A DNA stretch of 57,188 nucleotides from a virus (IMGVR_UViG_2657245570_000014); one strand, 5' to 3'. Shown: positions 1 to 9,574, numbered from the stretch's first letter. A program made the numbers and translations. The notes: generated by a model not told the origin, from the letters alone.

Positions 1-28
1 AATCCCTACCCGAAATAATACTTATTAG

Positions 29-58
29 AAAAAAACCAGCCTTTGGGGAGGCTGGCTA
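29..58 (-). terminator. Rho-independent terminator downstream of Q (tR-prime-like)
   Basis: Inverted repeat CCAGCCT/AGGCTGG with a 6-nt loop, followed by a T-run on the minus strand. Confidence 0.45.
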
Positions 59-155
59 AATCAGGAAACAAGCTGTTATATGATAATAACTACGTTGCGA
101 TTCCAACATTTAAAATGTTAGACTAATGAGAATCAGACAGCAACTTTTCCTTTAA

Positions 156-533
156 TTATTTCGAACAATCAGCATCCATCTCCAATCGGAGATCCAACAC
201 CATCAGCATACCCTCCACTACGCCCTCAGCTTTCTGGAGCATCCTGCCAACCCAACAATCAGATCGCCCATGCTTACGTGCAAGCGCCATAAAAGTCATG
301 CCGCCGACATAATAGTCCACCAATAAATCATGCAAATCGCTGTTGTTCTTTTTCAGACGGGCCATGCACCCGCAAATGATCATCGCGTCATCGTCACAAC
401 ATTGTGGGCGAGATTTTACTTTTGAAGGAATTAATCCCTTAAAACCGGCGGCAATGGACGACCAGGTCACATCTTCATGATTATTAGCCGCCCACGCTCC
501 CCAACGCTCAAGAACCATCTGAATATCACGCAT
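156..533 (-). CDS. Late antiterminator Q (phage 21 / QuuD-type)
   Basis: Translation [24 protein letters not shown]... recalled as the QuuD/Q21 family; position downstream of rusA; start taken at the internal Met (ORF extends to 548). Confidence 0.75.
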   Translation of the reverse strand: MRDIQMVLERWGAWAANNHEDVTWSSIAAGFKGLIPSKVKSRPQCCDDDAMIICGCMARLKKNNSDLHDLLVDYYVGGMTFMALARKHGRSDCWVGRMLQKAEGVVEGMLMVLDLRLEMDADCSK

Positions 534-755
534 CAACTTACTCCACAAAACTCAGACCAGAACGCCAATTACAAGCAAAAATCAACAAAACAGTATTAGT
601 TGATTGTTATCTCTGACTTCATACTCCTGCTCCTGTCAGGGTTTTGGCGTAATTCTTCAGTATTCGGTAATCGGTCAAAACAGAACCAGGGAAACGATAT
701 AAGCGCAGGCGCATCCAGCGGTGGCGAAGAAGTTCTGCCATATAAAACTCAAACA

Positions 756-1118
756 TCATTCATCTCCCTGTTCAGTGATGGTCAGTTCCAGCTTTCCACC
801 TTTGACAACCGGCATCTTCACAACGCGGTAATCAACGACCTGAGCATCATCCAACCAGAAACCTGCTTTGGTGAGTGCGTCAAAAGCGGCCTTTTGTAGA
901 TTATCCAGGTCACGGCGACGGCGATCCGGCATGTGACACTCAATGCGGATTTTCACAGGCATAGCCAGGCCGATATCCAGCATTGCGTTTTTAATGATTC
1001 GGGCGACGTTTTCGCGGTATGCCTGCCCCTCTGCGCTGATGTGCGTGCGCCCGCGATTATGGCGGTAATAGCGATTATTGCTCGGCGGCCAGGGTAATGT
1101 GATATTGTAGGTATTCAC
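756..1118 (-). CDS. rusA: Holliday junction resolvase RusA
   Basis: 120 aa, translation [18 protein letters not shown]...; typical size and nin-region position. Confidence 0.9.
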   Translation of the reverse strand: MNTYNITLPWPPSNNRYYRHNRGRTHISAEGQAYRENVARIIKNAMLDIGLAMPVKIRIECHMPDRRRRDLDNLQKAAFDALTKAGFWLDDAQVVDYRVVKMPVVKGGKLELTITEQGDE

Positions 1119-1405
1119 GCCTTAATTACCCCCTCTTTCAGCCAGATAACCTGCGTTCTCGCCATACCTTCCAGCGCGCATTCTTTTGCATATCCAGCGT
1201 CAACAAAATGCGTGCGACGGTCGATCTCGTCGTGACAGGCAGAACATGCAATGGTGGCAATCAGGTCTGGCGGTTTGATACCGGTACCGCACAATCCAGC
1301 CAGCCGGATATGTGCCAGTACAGACGTTTCAGGATTGCCATTACATACGCCAGGGATTCTTACCTGGCATTCCCGACCACGCGCTGCTTTTCTCAAATCA
1401 GCCAT
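1115..1405 (-). CDS. YbcO-like Cys-rich nin-region protein
   Basis: Translation [37 protein letters not shown]... with several Cys; lies between ninE and rusA as in DLP12-type nin regions; start taken at internal Met. Confidence 0.7.
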   Translation of the reverse strand: MADLRKAARGRECQVRIPGVCNGNPETSVLAHIRLAGLCGTGIKPPDLIATIACSACHDEIDRRTHFVDAGYAKECALEGMARTQVIWLKEGVIKA

Positions 1406-1544
1406 GATTCCTCCTTGCTGCCAGTCGCAACCATTTTTTATCAACCAGGCTGGCGGTATATCCGAGCAGTGTTGGTATTTCGGATGGTTTCAGCTCAGGC
1501 CTACGCTTACGACGATTTGGTACTTTGTAGATGTGTCCGTTCAT
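1398..1544 (-). CDS. ninE: NinE-like protein
   Basis: C-terminal RKRRPELKPSEIPTLLGYTASLVDKKWLRLAARR resembles the NinE basic C-terminus; the longer ORF (to 1604) would read across the element junction, so the start is placed at Met 1544. Confidence 0.55.
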   Translation of the reverse strand: MNGHIYKVPNRRKRRPELKPSEIPTLLGYTASLVDKKWLRLAARRNHG

Positions 1545-1550
1545 GACACG

Positions 1551-1556
1551 AATAAG
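1551..1556. repeat. Left copy of the flanking direct repeat AATAAG (putative target-site duplication)
   Basis: AATAAG immediately outside the TG terminus; identical hexamer at 38787..38792. Confidence 0.6.
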
Positions 1557-1634
1557 TGATGCGCCGCGCGATAAATGCACTCTATCTTGTGCGATAAATG
1601 GCATCCACGCGGCGTTTCATTATTTGAAAAAGAA

Positions 1635-2207
1635 TTACATTTCAGGTTGCGTTATGACAGTCCCAACAGGGTGATAGCGGTAGATCGTTGACAGTCCAAT
1701 ATCATAGATAATTGCCAGCCGCTTTCTGTCATACCCTTTCTGGAGCAATCTTGCGATCTGCTCATGCTGCTCCTTCGTCAGTTTCGGGCGACGTCCTCCA
1801 ACTCTTCCTTGTGCTCGCGCAGCAGCCAGTCCTGCCAGCGTGCGCTCAACTATCAGTTCACGCTCCATTTCTGCCAGTGCACCCATCATATGAAAAAAGA
1901 ACCTTCCCATCGGAGTGCTGGTATCGATTGAATCCGTCAGACTGCGAAAATTGACACCTTTTGCGCGTAGCTCTTCTGTGAGAGCAATGAGGTGTTTCAT
2001 TCTTCTACCCAACCGATCCAGCTTCCAGACCACCAATGTATCCCCTCTTTTAAGGCACTTTAAAGCGCGTTTCAGGCCTGGTCGTTCCGACTTGGTTCCG
2101 CTCATTTTGTCCTCAAAAATCTGTTCACATCCTGCGCACATTAATGCATTGCGTTGCAAATCTGTGTTTTGGTCATTTGTTGACACACGTATGTAGCCAA
2201 TCAGCAT
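1635..2207 (-). CDS. pin: Serine recombinase / DNA invertase (Pin/Gin/Hin family)
   Basis: N-terminal MLIGYIRVSTNDQNTDLQ resolvase catalytic domain and C-terminal HTH; sits beside the tail fiber cassettes; start taken at internal Met. Confidence 0.9.
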   Translation of the reverse strand: MLIGYIRVSTNDQNTDLQRNALMCAGCEQIFEDKMSGTKSERPGLKRALKCLKRGDTLVVWKLDRLGRRMKHLIALTEELRAKGVNFRSLTDSIDTSTPMGRFFFHMMGALAEMERELIVERTLAGLAAARAQGRVGGRRPKLTKEQHEQIARLLQKGYDRKRLAIIYDIGLSTIYRYHPVGTVITQPEM

Positions 2208-2263
2208 TAAAAATACTCCCTTTTGAGTGGTTAAAGTACTGAGATAATGTGGGGAGGATTTGA

Positions 2264-2289
2264 GAGATAAACGTTGGTTTGGGGGAAGG
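2264..2289 (+). other. Putative invertase crossover site 1 (hix/gix-like)
   Basis: GAGATAAACGTTGGTTTGGGGGAAGG; the AAAC-NN-GGTTT core resembles Hin/Gin sites; the same sequence block recurs at 2778 and inverted at 4389. Confidence 0.5.
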
Positions 2290-2782
2290 CTCTGCACTGC
2301 CTGTTGGTGTGCCTGTTCCATGGCCCACCGCCACACCGCCAGCAGGCTGGTTAAAGTGCGACGGGCGCGCCTTTACAAAAGAACAATATCCTGTTCTGGC
2401 CAGAGTCTACCCGACCCTCCGTCTTCCCGATTTACGCGGTGAGTTTATCCGTGGATGGGACGACGGGCGCAAAGTTGATACGGGGCGTTCATTGCTAAGT
2501 GGTCAGGCTGCAACATTTATTCGTACAGCTTTGCAGGATTATTACGGTTACGATCTGAATACTAATGTCAAAGTAGGTATCGCTTTTGCTACTGCTGATT
2601 CTGTTATAACCGTTGGAAACCCAGCTAATCCTAAAGCAGGAAATAATAGCGATTATGTTCCTGCATCAGCAGATAACTCTATAACGGGTATTCAAAGGAC
2701 AGCGGAGGATAATTTTACCGGGGCATGGATATCAATGCGCCCCCGCAATGTTGCGTTTAATTACATCGTAAGGGCCGCATAA
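2279..2782 (+). CDS. Silent tail fiber C-terminal cassette 1 (no own promoter or ATG start)
   Basis: First ~70 aa (GEGSALPVGVPVPWPTATPPAGWLKCDGRAFTKEQYPVLARVYPTLRLPDLRGEFIRGWDDGRK) almost identical to an internal segment of the active fiber; shared C-terminal NYIVRA; ORF starts at TTG. Confidence 0.7.
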   Translation: MGEGSALPVGVPVPWPTATPPAGWLKCDGRAFTKEQYPVLARVYPTLRLPDLRGEFIRGWDDGRKVDTGRSLLSGQAATFIRTALQDYYGYDLNTNVKVGIAFATADSVITVGNPANPKAGNNSDYVPASADNSITGIQRTAEDNFTGAWISMRPRNVAFNYIVRAA

Positions 2783-2803
2783 AAACGTTGGTTTGGGGGA
2801 AGG
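2778..2803 (+). other. Putative invertase crossover site 2
   Basis: CATAAAAACGTTGGTTTGGGGGAAGG, a direct repeat of site 1. Confidence 0.5.
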
Positions 2804-3266
2804 CTCTGCATTGCCTGTTGGTGTACCGGTTCCATGGCCCACCGCCACACCGCCAGCAGGCTGGTTACAGTGCAACGGAGCTACGTTCACCAAAGAACAA
2901 TATCCTGTTCTGGCCAGAGTCTACCCGACCCTCCGTCTTCCCGATTTACGCGGTGAGTTTATCCGTGGATGGGACGACGGGCGCAAGATTGACGAGGGGC
3001 GTAAGTTGCTTTCATGGCAGAAAGGTACACTGGTCGGCGGTCATGACGATAACGATTCTTCGCTTGATATCTCGTACATGAGTAACGGAAATAATATTGA
3101 CTATGGCGGCGATAAGGTGTTTGCGGGGAATTACCGTAGCGATTATTTGTGGTACGTAATTCTGGGAGGAACAAACAGTCGCGCAAAAGCCGAATTAAAC
3201 GGAGCATTCTTTAACATAACCCGCCCCCGCAATATCGCGTTTAACTATATCGTGAGGGCGGCGTGA
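2793..3266 (+). CDS. Silent tail fiber C-terminal cassette 2
   Basis: Same conserved 70-aa leader and C-terminal NYIVRAA as cassette 1 and the active fiber, with a distinct central region. Confidence 0.7.
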   Translation: MGEGSALPVGVPVPWPTATPPAGWLQCNGATFTKEQYPVLARVYPTLRLPDLRGEFIRGWDDGRKIDEGRKLLSWQKGTLVGGHDDNDSSLDISYMSNGNNIDYGGDKVFAGNYRSDYLWYVILGGTNSRAKAELNGAFFNITRPRNIAFNYIVRAA

Positions 3267-3272
3267 TACCGT

Positions 3273-3887
3273 TCAACTGGCAAGTGCCAGTGGCGCTTCC
3301 GGCCAGCTGATTTCAGGTGCCGTGCTGATATCCAGTGCGTTCAGCTCGTCGATATAATCCAGCACGGCGTTCAGTTTTGCCGTTTCTTCTGGTGTCAGAC
3401 TGCGACCAGCACGCAGTTTGAGGTTGATAAGATCGACTGACGCCATCGCCTGTTTCACCCGTTGCTGGCGTTGCTGTCTGGCAACCTCCAGTTCTGCGGC
3501 TCGCTGCCGTTCAGTATCGGTTACCCACGCCTCACCGTTCCAGGTATCCCATGGCGTGGCTGGCTGTTTTGTGGTGGTGTCCGCCGGGTAATCACCCGGT
3601 TGGGTAATCAGAACAGGGTTACCGTTCTCCGTGCTGTATACCGTCTCGCCGCGGTGATCAGGCACATGCTCCCACCCGTTCAGCGTGGCAGTCCGGCAAA
3701 CCACGTAACCCGAAATTGCCTCCGGCGGTGCATCGGCGCACGAATGTGCCGGAGTACCCACCCCAAGGGCGAGATACTCCACAGAGGATGAGGTGTATTC
3801 CCGGGTTTCCTCGTCATAGTGATATACAGTGATATCGCCCGCTACAGTGGCGATACCGTTTTCATCCAGAACTGCAGTGTTACTCAT
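3273..3887 (-). CDS. Tail fiber assembly protein (Tfa)
   Basis: 204 aa directly downstream of the fiber gene; N-terminal Tfa-like region MSNTAVLDENGIATVAGDITVYHYDEETREYTSSSVEYLALGVG. Confidence 0.85.
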   Translation of the reverse strand: MSNTAVLDENGIATVAGDITVYHYDEETREYTSSSVEYLALGVGTPAHSCADAPPEAISGYVVCRTATLNGWEHVPDHRGETVYSTENGNPVLITQPGDYPADTTTKQPATPWDTWNGEAWVTDTERQRAAELEVARQQRQQRVKQAMASVDLINLKLRAGRSLTPEETAKLNAVLDYIDELNALDISTAPEISWPEAPLALAS

Positions 3888-5560
3888 TAAACTGCCCTCA
3901 CAATGTAATTAAGTGCAATGCTACGGGGTCTGACAGTGATACCCTTCGCATACCCGCTTCTGATAGAGGTCAGAATAGTAGCCTGCATACCATTGTCTGA
4001 CATTGCCACGACAGGATCGCTGAATGTTGTCCCGTCCGGCATTTTAAAGCTGCCCTCACGAAGGTCTGTAATGGAATCTTCATTGTTGAATCCCATGCCG
4101 ACTATCCCCGAGGTTCCCGTAGTGTCCTGGTTATAATAATCCAGCATTGCTGTTCTTAACAGCGTTGCCCCTTGTGCGGACAGCAACTTACGTCCTGTAT
4201 CAACTTTGCGCCCGTCGTCCCATCCACGGATAAACTCACCGCGTAAATCGGGAAGACGGAGGGTCGGGTAGACTCTGGCCAGAACAGGATATTGTTCTTT
4301 TGTAAAGGCGCGCCCGTCGCACTTTAACCAGCCTGCTGGCGGTGTGGCGGTGGGCCATGGAACCGGTACACCAACAGGCAATGCAGAGCCTTCCCCCAAA
4401 CCAAGGTAATTGAGGACATCTTTTATACTGCCCTTAGCGATAATAGCGCGACCAATAGCTGTAAGGGTTGCCAGCGCTGCGCGGTCTGCTCCGGTAAAAT
4501 AAGGCAACCGATCTGCTGCAGTGGCAAGTCCTGCCAGAGCAGTGAGCGTGGCATCTGCCGGTTGTTTTCCGTTTGCCAGATCGTATGCAGCCTTGACCGC
4601 TTTCGGTGTGGCGGCCAGTATTTCAGACGTGCTGTTGATAGCACTGCTCAGTTGTACGGTGCCTTTTGCCGTCAGCGAGGCAGCAGGCACTCCCGTTATC
4701 TGACTCCACGGGTGAGTGTGGCTGACGGGCGCCTTGCCGGCTGCAAGGTCGTATGCAGCCTTGACCGCCTTCGGCGTGGCAGCCTCAATTTCTGATTGAC
4801 TGTCCGTGGCGCTGCTCAGTTGTACGGTGCCTTTTGCCGTCAGTGAAGCCGCAGGCACTCCCGTTATCTGACTCCACGGGTGAGTGTGGCTGGCAGGCGC
4901 CTTGCCGGCTGCCAGGTCGTATGCAGCCTTGACCGCTTTCGGTGTGGCGGCCAGTATTTCAGACGTGCTGTTGATGGCACTGCTCAGTTGTACGGTGCCT
5001 TTTGCCGTCAGCGAGGCAGCTGGCACTCCCGTTATCTGACTCCACGGGTGAGTGTGGCTGACGGGCGCCTTGCCGGCTGCAAGGTCGTATGCAGCCTTGA
5101 CCGCCTTCGGCGTGGCAGCCTCAATTTCTGATTGACTGTCCGTGGCGCTGCTCAGTTGTACGGTGCCTTTTGCCGTCAGTGAAGCCGCAGGCACTCCCGT
5201 TATCTGACTCCACGGGTGAGTGTGGCTGGCAGGCGCCTTGCCGGCTGCCAGGTCGTATGCAGCCTTGACCGCTTTTGGTGTGGCGGCCAGCGTTTCAGAG
5301 GTGCTGTTGGTGGCACTGCTCAGTTGGGTGAACCCCTTAGCTGTCAGTGTCGCGTCCGGGTGGTTACGGGAACGTACGTGTTCAGCCAGTGACTGTGCGG
5401 CTTCCTCCGTTTTCTTCTTCAGCCATTTCGTCCTGTTTGCCAGTTGCCGGGGGGCTCGATTTGATATCCCGTCTGCACCACCCAGAACCGGATCTGATGT
5501 CTCCAGTTGATAGATATTTTCTTCCCACTTTTCTGTTTCATTCAGGTTTCCCATAATCAA
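3887..5560 (-). CDS. Tail fiber protein (constant N-terminus, tandem repeats, currently expressed C-terminal variant)
   Basis: 557 aa; repeated 56-aa units (SHTHPWSQITGVPAASLTAKGTVQLSS...); C-terminal part shares the cassette leader. Confidence 0.9.
   Translation of the reverse strand: MIMGNLNETEKWEENIYQLETSDPVLGGADGISNRAPRQLANRTKWLKKKTEEAAQSLAEHVRSRNHPDATLTAKGFTQLSSATNSTSETLAATPKAVKAAYDLAAGKAPASHTHPWSQITGVPAASLTAKGTVQLSSATDSQSEIEAATPKAVKAAYDLAAGKAPVSHTHPWSQITGVPAASLTAKGTVQLSSAINSTSEILAATPKAVKAAYDLAAGKAPASHTHPWSQITGVPAASLTAKGTVQLSSATDSQSEIEAATPKAVKAAYDLAAGKAPVSHTHPWSQITGVPAASLTAKGTVQLSSAINSTSEILAATPKAVKAAYDLANGKQPADATLTALAGLATAADRLPYFTGADRAALATLTAIGRAIIAKGSIKDVLNYLGLGEGSALPVGVPVPWPTATPPAGWLKCDGRAFTKEQYPVLARVYPTLRLPDLRGEFIRGWDDGRKVDTGRKLLSAQGATLLRTAMLDYYNQDTTGTSGIVGMGFNNEDSITDLREGSFKMPDGTTFSDPVVAMSDNGMQATILTSIRSGYAKGITVRPRSIALNYIVRAV
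4389..4413 (-). other. Putative invertase crossover site 3 (inverted relative to sites 1 and 2)
   Basis: Reverse complement reads TCAATTACCTTGGTTTGGGGGAAGG. Confidence 0.5.
4550..5350. repeat. Tandem coding repeats in the tail fiber gene (336-bp period, about 2.5 copies, each made of two 56-aa sub-repeats)
   Basis: Near-identical protein repeats and near-identical antisense ORFs offset by 336 bp (4562.. and 4880..). Confidence 0.85.
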
Positions 5561-6135
5561 CTGCTCCCGTGGTTATAACTGCCATCATGGATGGCGGTAT
5601 TGTTATAGCGAATGGCCACAGACTGATACTCCAGGCTGGCCAGATGGCAGCGGGCCGGTGCAAATGCAGCCAGCGTCTGACGCAGCATCGCGGCCTGATC
5701 GTTAGTAATGGGCTGTTTCAGAATAACGCGATAAACTGCCCAGGCGGCTGCATCTCCATGAACAAACAGTCCGTTATAGCTGCGATTGCCGTCGTAACTG
5801 AGACGACCTGTGCCTTCAATCAGATCCACTTCACCAAAGCCAAAACGGCGGATAACTTCCCGGATTGACCACGGCGTCCCTTTATACCGGTGCAGTTCGA
5901 TGGCTGCTTTTATAAGCATGCGGCGAACATCGTCCGATTCCGCCAGCTCCCAGCCATCGCCAGACAGTGAGAACTGCTCGCCCAGCCATGGCAGCGCAGA
6001 ACTGTCGACGATATCGACGAGAAAGACCATCAGTACGCTCAGGTCGATGTTATCCAGCCGTCCTGCCAGTCTTCCCAGCGTCCTGAGACTGATATCACCC
6101 TCAAGCGGTGGCGGGAGTTGTAATGGCTCAGTCAT
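5557..6135 (-). CDS. Baseplate protein (P2 gpI-like)
   Basis: 192 aa immediately upstream of the tail fiber, downstream of baseplate J; position matches P2 I. Confidence 0.7.
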   Translation of the reverse strand: MTEPLQLPPPLEGDISLRTLGRLAGRLDNIDLSVLMVFLVDIVDSSALPWLGEQFSLSGDGWELAESDDVRRMLIKAAIELHRYKGTPWSIREVIRRFGFGEVDLIEGTGRLSYDGNRSYNGLFVHGDAAAWAVYRVILKQPITNDQAAMLRQTLAAFAPARCHLASLEYQSVAIRYNNTAIHDGSYNHGSS

Positions 6136-7231
6136 CAGACACTCCAGTCATGTTAAGAGTGATTGCCGTACAGTTTGCCCATTCGTTTTCTGCCACCACC
6201 CTCAGTGCCGGTGTCACCAGTTCAACCTGGTACACCCCGGAAACGGACAATGCACTGATAATCTGGCTGGGGACAATATCACGCCCCAGCGTGGCGGCAC
6301 GTGATGCCACCCAGTTCTGTATGGCGCTGTTAGCGGCATCTTTTACAGACCTGGCATCCTGATCACGATAGATCGTAATCCTGGCTTCAATGGTGTAATC
6401 CACCTTCACTGGTGTTTTAGCCCGCACTGTATCAGTGAGTGGCCTGACTTTCTCATCAGAGCAGAAACTCTCTACCAGCGTGAGAACACCGCCGTCCGGC
6501 AGACCGGTACTGAGCAGCGGATACAGATCTACGGTCCCGGGAACCGGGGAAAGCACAGCAACATCGACAATGTTGGGATGGGCCTGCATGGCATGAAAGC
6601 GGTATGCGCCACGGCTTCCGGCATTGGTGAATGACTCCGGGGCCAGCCTGATACGCTCCCGGAGCCTGTCATCGTCTTCCTGTTCTGAACCGCCGGAACT
6701 GGCCGTCAGATTGCTCACCAGCAGGTCGACGTTATCAATCTCATCGAGTAACTGACTGACCTGCGCAGGTTGCCAGCCGTTACCAGCGGTACCGGGTTCG
6801 GTACAGGTGGACGTGACATTGACCAGCAGCAATCCGGCCTTCAGTACCACATCTGTATCGGTGGCAAAAATAACGCTGTCGGAAGCGCTGACGCGGGTGC
6901 CTGCCGGGATCAGCACATCAATGGCCAGTGCCTCATCTACGGAGAACTGGAGCGTGGTGGTGGCAGGCTGCGCGGCAAGACGGTATACACCAACCAGTTC
7001 ACCGAGGTAATCAATCATCGGCTCACGGGCAAAGGCGACCAGATTCTGCTTTGCTGCCTCCTGTACCGCAACCCTGACCAGCATTTCGCGATAGGCCCAC
7101 AGATCAATCAGCAGACGTTCTGCCTGTGCCGGGTACAGCGTTTTGCCGGTATCCGCTTCATACTTCGCAATCATTTCTGCCGTGATTTTGTCGGCATCGC
7201 GTTCAATAAAATCGGGTTCTGTCAGCGCCAT
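6128..7231 (-). CDS. Baseplate protein J-like
   Basis: 367 aa; position between W-like and I-like genes. Confidence 0.8.
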   Translation of the reverse strand: MALTEPDFIERDADKITAEMIAKYEADTGKTLYPAQAERLLIDLWAYREMLVRVAVQEAAKQNLVAFAREPMIDYLGELVGVYRLAAQPATTTLQFSVDEALAIDVLIPAGTRVSASDSVIFATDTDVVLKAGLLLVNVTSTCTEPGTAGNGWQPAQVSQLLDEIDNVDLLVSNLTASSGGSEQEDDDRLRERIRLAPESFTNAGSRGAYRFHAMQAHPNIVDVAVLSPVPGTVDLYPLLSTGLPDGGVLTLVESFCSDEKVRPLTDTVRAKTPVKVDYTIEARITIYRDQDARSVKDAANSAIQNWVASRAATLGRDIVPSQIISALSVSGVYQVELVTPALRVVAENEWANCTAITLNMTGVSDD

Positions 7232-7569
7232 AGCAGCTCCTGAGTCCGGGTCTGTCCGTCTGAGCCTTTCCAGCTCACCCGGAGCGTAAGATGTTCGCCG
7301 TCGACGGCGGGTTTAACTGACATAAGCTGGCAGCGGGGCTCCCAGCGCCGGATGGCATCGACGGATTCGCGCACCACATGCGGAATGGCCCGGTCTACAG
7401 GCCAGTCGATATAAAGATGCAGATTGCTGCCGAACTCCGGGCGATGCGGGTCGCTGCCGCGGGGAGTCCGCAGGATAATTTGAATCGCCTGCCGGATATC
7501 ATCCAGCCCCCGGACAATTTCGCCGGGAGCCTGCAGGGCTGGTTGCCAGAATACTGAGGTCGTTTTCAT
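7222..7569 (-). CDS. Baseplate wedge protein W (gp25-like)
   Basis: 115 aa; typical size and position. Confidence 0.75.
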   Translation of the reverse strand: MKTTSVFWQPALQAPGEIVRGLDDIRQAIQIILRTPRGSDPHRPEFGSNLHLYIDWPVDRAIPHVVRESVDAIRRWEPRCQLMSVKPAVDGEHLTLRVSWKGSDGQTRTQELLWR

Positions 7570-7623
7570 GGGGGCAGTATTGCCCCCGTGCGGGAACGCT
7601 GATATTAAAGGCGTTTAAGAAGC

Positions 7624-8220
7624 TCAGTGGGAGTGGTGGCTGGAGTTTTCGCCATCAGACAGCATACTGCCCGTGGCATGGGCATTCCCTTTAATCTCGA
7701 TATTGCCATGGATGGTCGCGGTAACACCTTTACCACCAGAACCCGCCATGCCTCCTTCGTAAATCAGCTTTCCCCTGACACGCAGATCTCCGGTAAGTTC
7801 GGTTTCCGGTGCGTCAATCGTGGCTTTCTGTGTTTTCAATACCACATCAGCACCACACTCAATGACAATATGCTCAATGCCGCCCCGGATGGTCAGAGTG
7901 TGCGTCTTCCGGTTGTAGCTGTACTCTGCACCATCAGCAAACCGGGTTCCCCGGATATTTTTGTCACTGAACGGTGGTTTATCGACGTCTGAATACACCG
8001 CGCCCAGAATAACACCATCCTCGCCGTTGGCATCGAGCAGCACCTCAACCTGCTCCCCCACGTCAGGGAGCCAGTAATCTTTGTTATCCTGGGTATTACG
8101 CTGCAGCACGTTAAGCCAGTTTGTGCGCAGGTTATCGCATTCAGGCAGACGAACGCGGGCCTGAACCCTGTCGGCATCAACGGCACTGACCGTACCGACC
8201 TGACGAGTGACACCAGTCAT
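7624..8220 (-). CDS. Baseplate spike / assembly protein V-like
   Basis: 198 aa; position between D and W. Confidence 0.7.
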   Translation of the reverse strand: MTGVTRQVGTVSAVDADRVQARVRLPECDNLRTNWLNVLQRNTQDNKDYWLPDVGEQVEVLLDANGEDGVILGAVYSDVDKPPFSDKNIRGTRFADGAEYSYNRKTHTLTIRGGIEHIVIECGADVVLKTQKATIDAPETELTGDLRVRGKLIYEGGMAGSGGKGVTATIHGNIEIKGNAHATGSMLSDGENSSHHSH

Positions 8221-9371
8221 TTTTTCTTCTCCTTAATCACCGTCGATGTACTGCCATCCGGGTGATAAACCGTGAGTTTCTGAGTTTTTTGTTTTTTCCC
8301 TCTTGTGACTGGCCCCCGTGCCACTTCCAGCTCTGTGGTGTAGCCGCTGTTACGGTCAAACGCATGGCGGGCAGTGGTTATGAGCCATGGCCCGGATAAC
8401 TGCCCAAAACCCACCAGTTCAATTTTGTTGCCTGCTGTCAGTTGAGGTGTTCCCGTCAGCGTCAGGGAGCCGTTCTGCTGGTATTCGTTATGTCTGGCCA
8501 GTGCTGAATCCGCTTTAATCCGGGCACTGTCCGGGTCGCTGACGCGGCTGTTAACTTTAAGTGAGTCAGCGCTGGTAACCTTACCACCTTTGAGCTTTTT
8601 GTCGCTTTCACGGGTACCACCATCAGCTTCGTGGACGATCAGTTTTTTACTGCTGCTTTTCTGGTGTTTTACCTTTGCAGATTTATAGACCCGGTTGATG
8701 GTGTCACGCAGGGAAAAGCGGGCCACATCCTGCGGTTTTAACTGCCTGACCGTCTCCTGACTGCGCAGTGTGGCCAGATGAGAAAAAATCAGCTGGTCAC
8801 TGACCACTTTCACTGCATAACCATACTCGCTGGCCAGCCGGCGCAGAAAACCCACGTCGGTTTCAGCATACTGGGTCACCCGGTCGATTCTGATGGACTC
8901 AATGCTGCCCACCAGTTTCAGCCGGTGCTTTCTGGCAATCCGCCCCGCAACAGCTGCCAGCGTGGTGTTCTCAAAACCACGGCTGGATTTAGTCCGCAGA
9001 GCACTGTTAACCGAGGTGGCCACCCCACGGATAGAAACAACGGAAGCGGGCGAACTCACTTCGATCTCGTCTATAGAGAACGTACCGCAGGACAGCAGCT
9101 TCTCGCCCTGATAGCCCATTTTCAGCGTCAGCGTGTCACCCTTGCCCGGATACCACTTATCCAGCCAGCGGCCATCGGTGTCGTCCAGCTCCACCTCAAT
9201 GGTATCGGACTCATTTTTGATGTTATCGCTCCAGGTCACACGGGTGACATAAGGCGCGATATCAGAGGTGATGTTTTTCTGCAGATACCACAGAGTGAAC
9301 ACCGGTGTCAGCACATCGCTGACGCCGGTTAACGCTGATGTGACTTGCGCAGTGCTGTTTATCTCAGCCAT
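8217..9371 (-). CDS. Tail protein D-like (late control D family)
   Basis: 384 aa; position after X/U; start overlaps upstream gene. Confidence 0.75.
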   Translation of the reverse strand: MAEINSTAQVTSALTGVSDVLTPVFTLWYLQKNITSDIAPYVTRVTWSDNIKNESDTIEVELDDTDGRWLDKWYPGKGDTLTLKMGYQGEKLLSCGTFSIDEIEVSSPASVVSIRGVATSVNSALRTKSSRGFENTTLAAVAGRIARKHRLKLVGSIESIRIDRVTQYAETDVGFLRRLASEYGYAVKVVSDQLIFSHLATLRSQETVRQLKPQDVARFSLRDTINRVYKSAKVKHQKSSSKKLIVHEADGGTRESDKKLKGGKVTSADSLKVNSRVSDPDSARIKADSALARHNEYQQNGSLTLTGTPQLTAGNKIELVGFGQLSGPWLITTARHAFDRNSGYTTELEVARGPVTRGKKQKTQKLTVYHPDGSTSTVIKEKKK

Positions 9372-9574
9372 GGGGCAATATCCTCTTCTGTACGGGCTTC
9401 TTCAGTCTCAATCACCGGGATCAGTAACAACAGCCCGGAGGGCAGCACCGGCGTGATGGCCACGTGCGGATTGGCGGCAATAATCCGGGGATAGCCCAGC
9501 GGGTCACCGTAGTACTGCCATGCCAGCGAATCCCAGCGCTCTCCGTCACGGGTAACATGTTCAAGAAACATCAC
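9359..9574 (-). CDS. Tail protein X-like
   Basis: 71 aa between U-like and D-like genes. Confidence 0.65.
   Translation of the reverse strand: MMFLEHVTRDGERWDSLAWQYYGDPLGYPRIIAANPHVAITPVLPSGLLLLIPVIETEEARTEEDIAPWLR

Noticed and set aside
1398-1604. Longer 68-aa form of the NinE-like ORF starting at 1604
   Set aside because: The extra 20 N-terminal codons lie inside the proposed terminus of the Mu-like element (element starts at 1557), so they are most likely read-through of inserted DNA; the start was placed at Met 1544.
4562-5510. Plus-strand ORFs 4562..4795, 4880..5131 and 5220..5510
   Set aside because: They are antisense to the tail fiber gene and repeat with its 336-bp period; they are artefacts of the coding repeat.
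1557-5560. Possibility that the pin / tail fiber / tfa segment is an e14-type defective prophage
   Set aside because: The segment is contiguous with a complete Mu-like baseplate, tail, head and transposition gene set and lies within the TG...CA bounded element, so it is the invertible fiber module of that phage.
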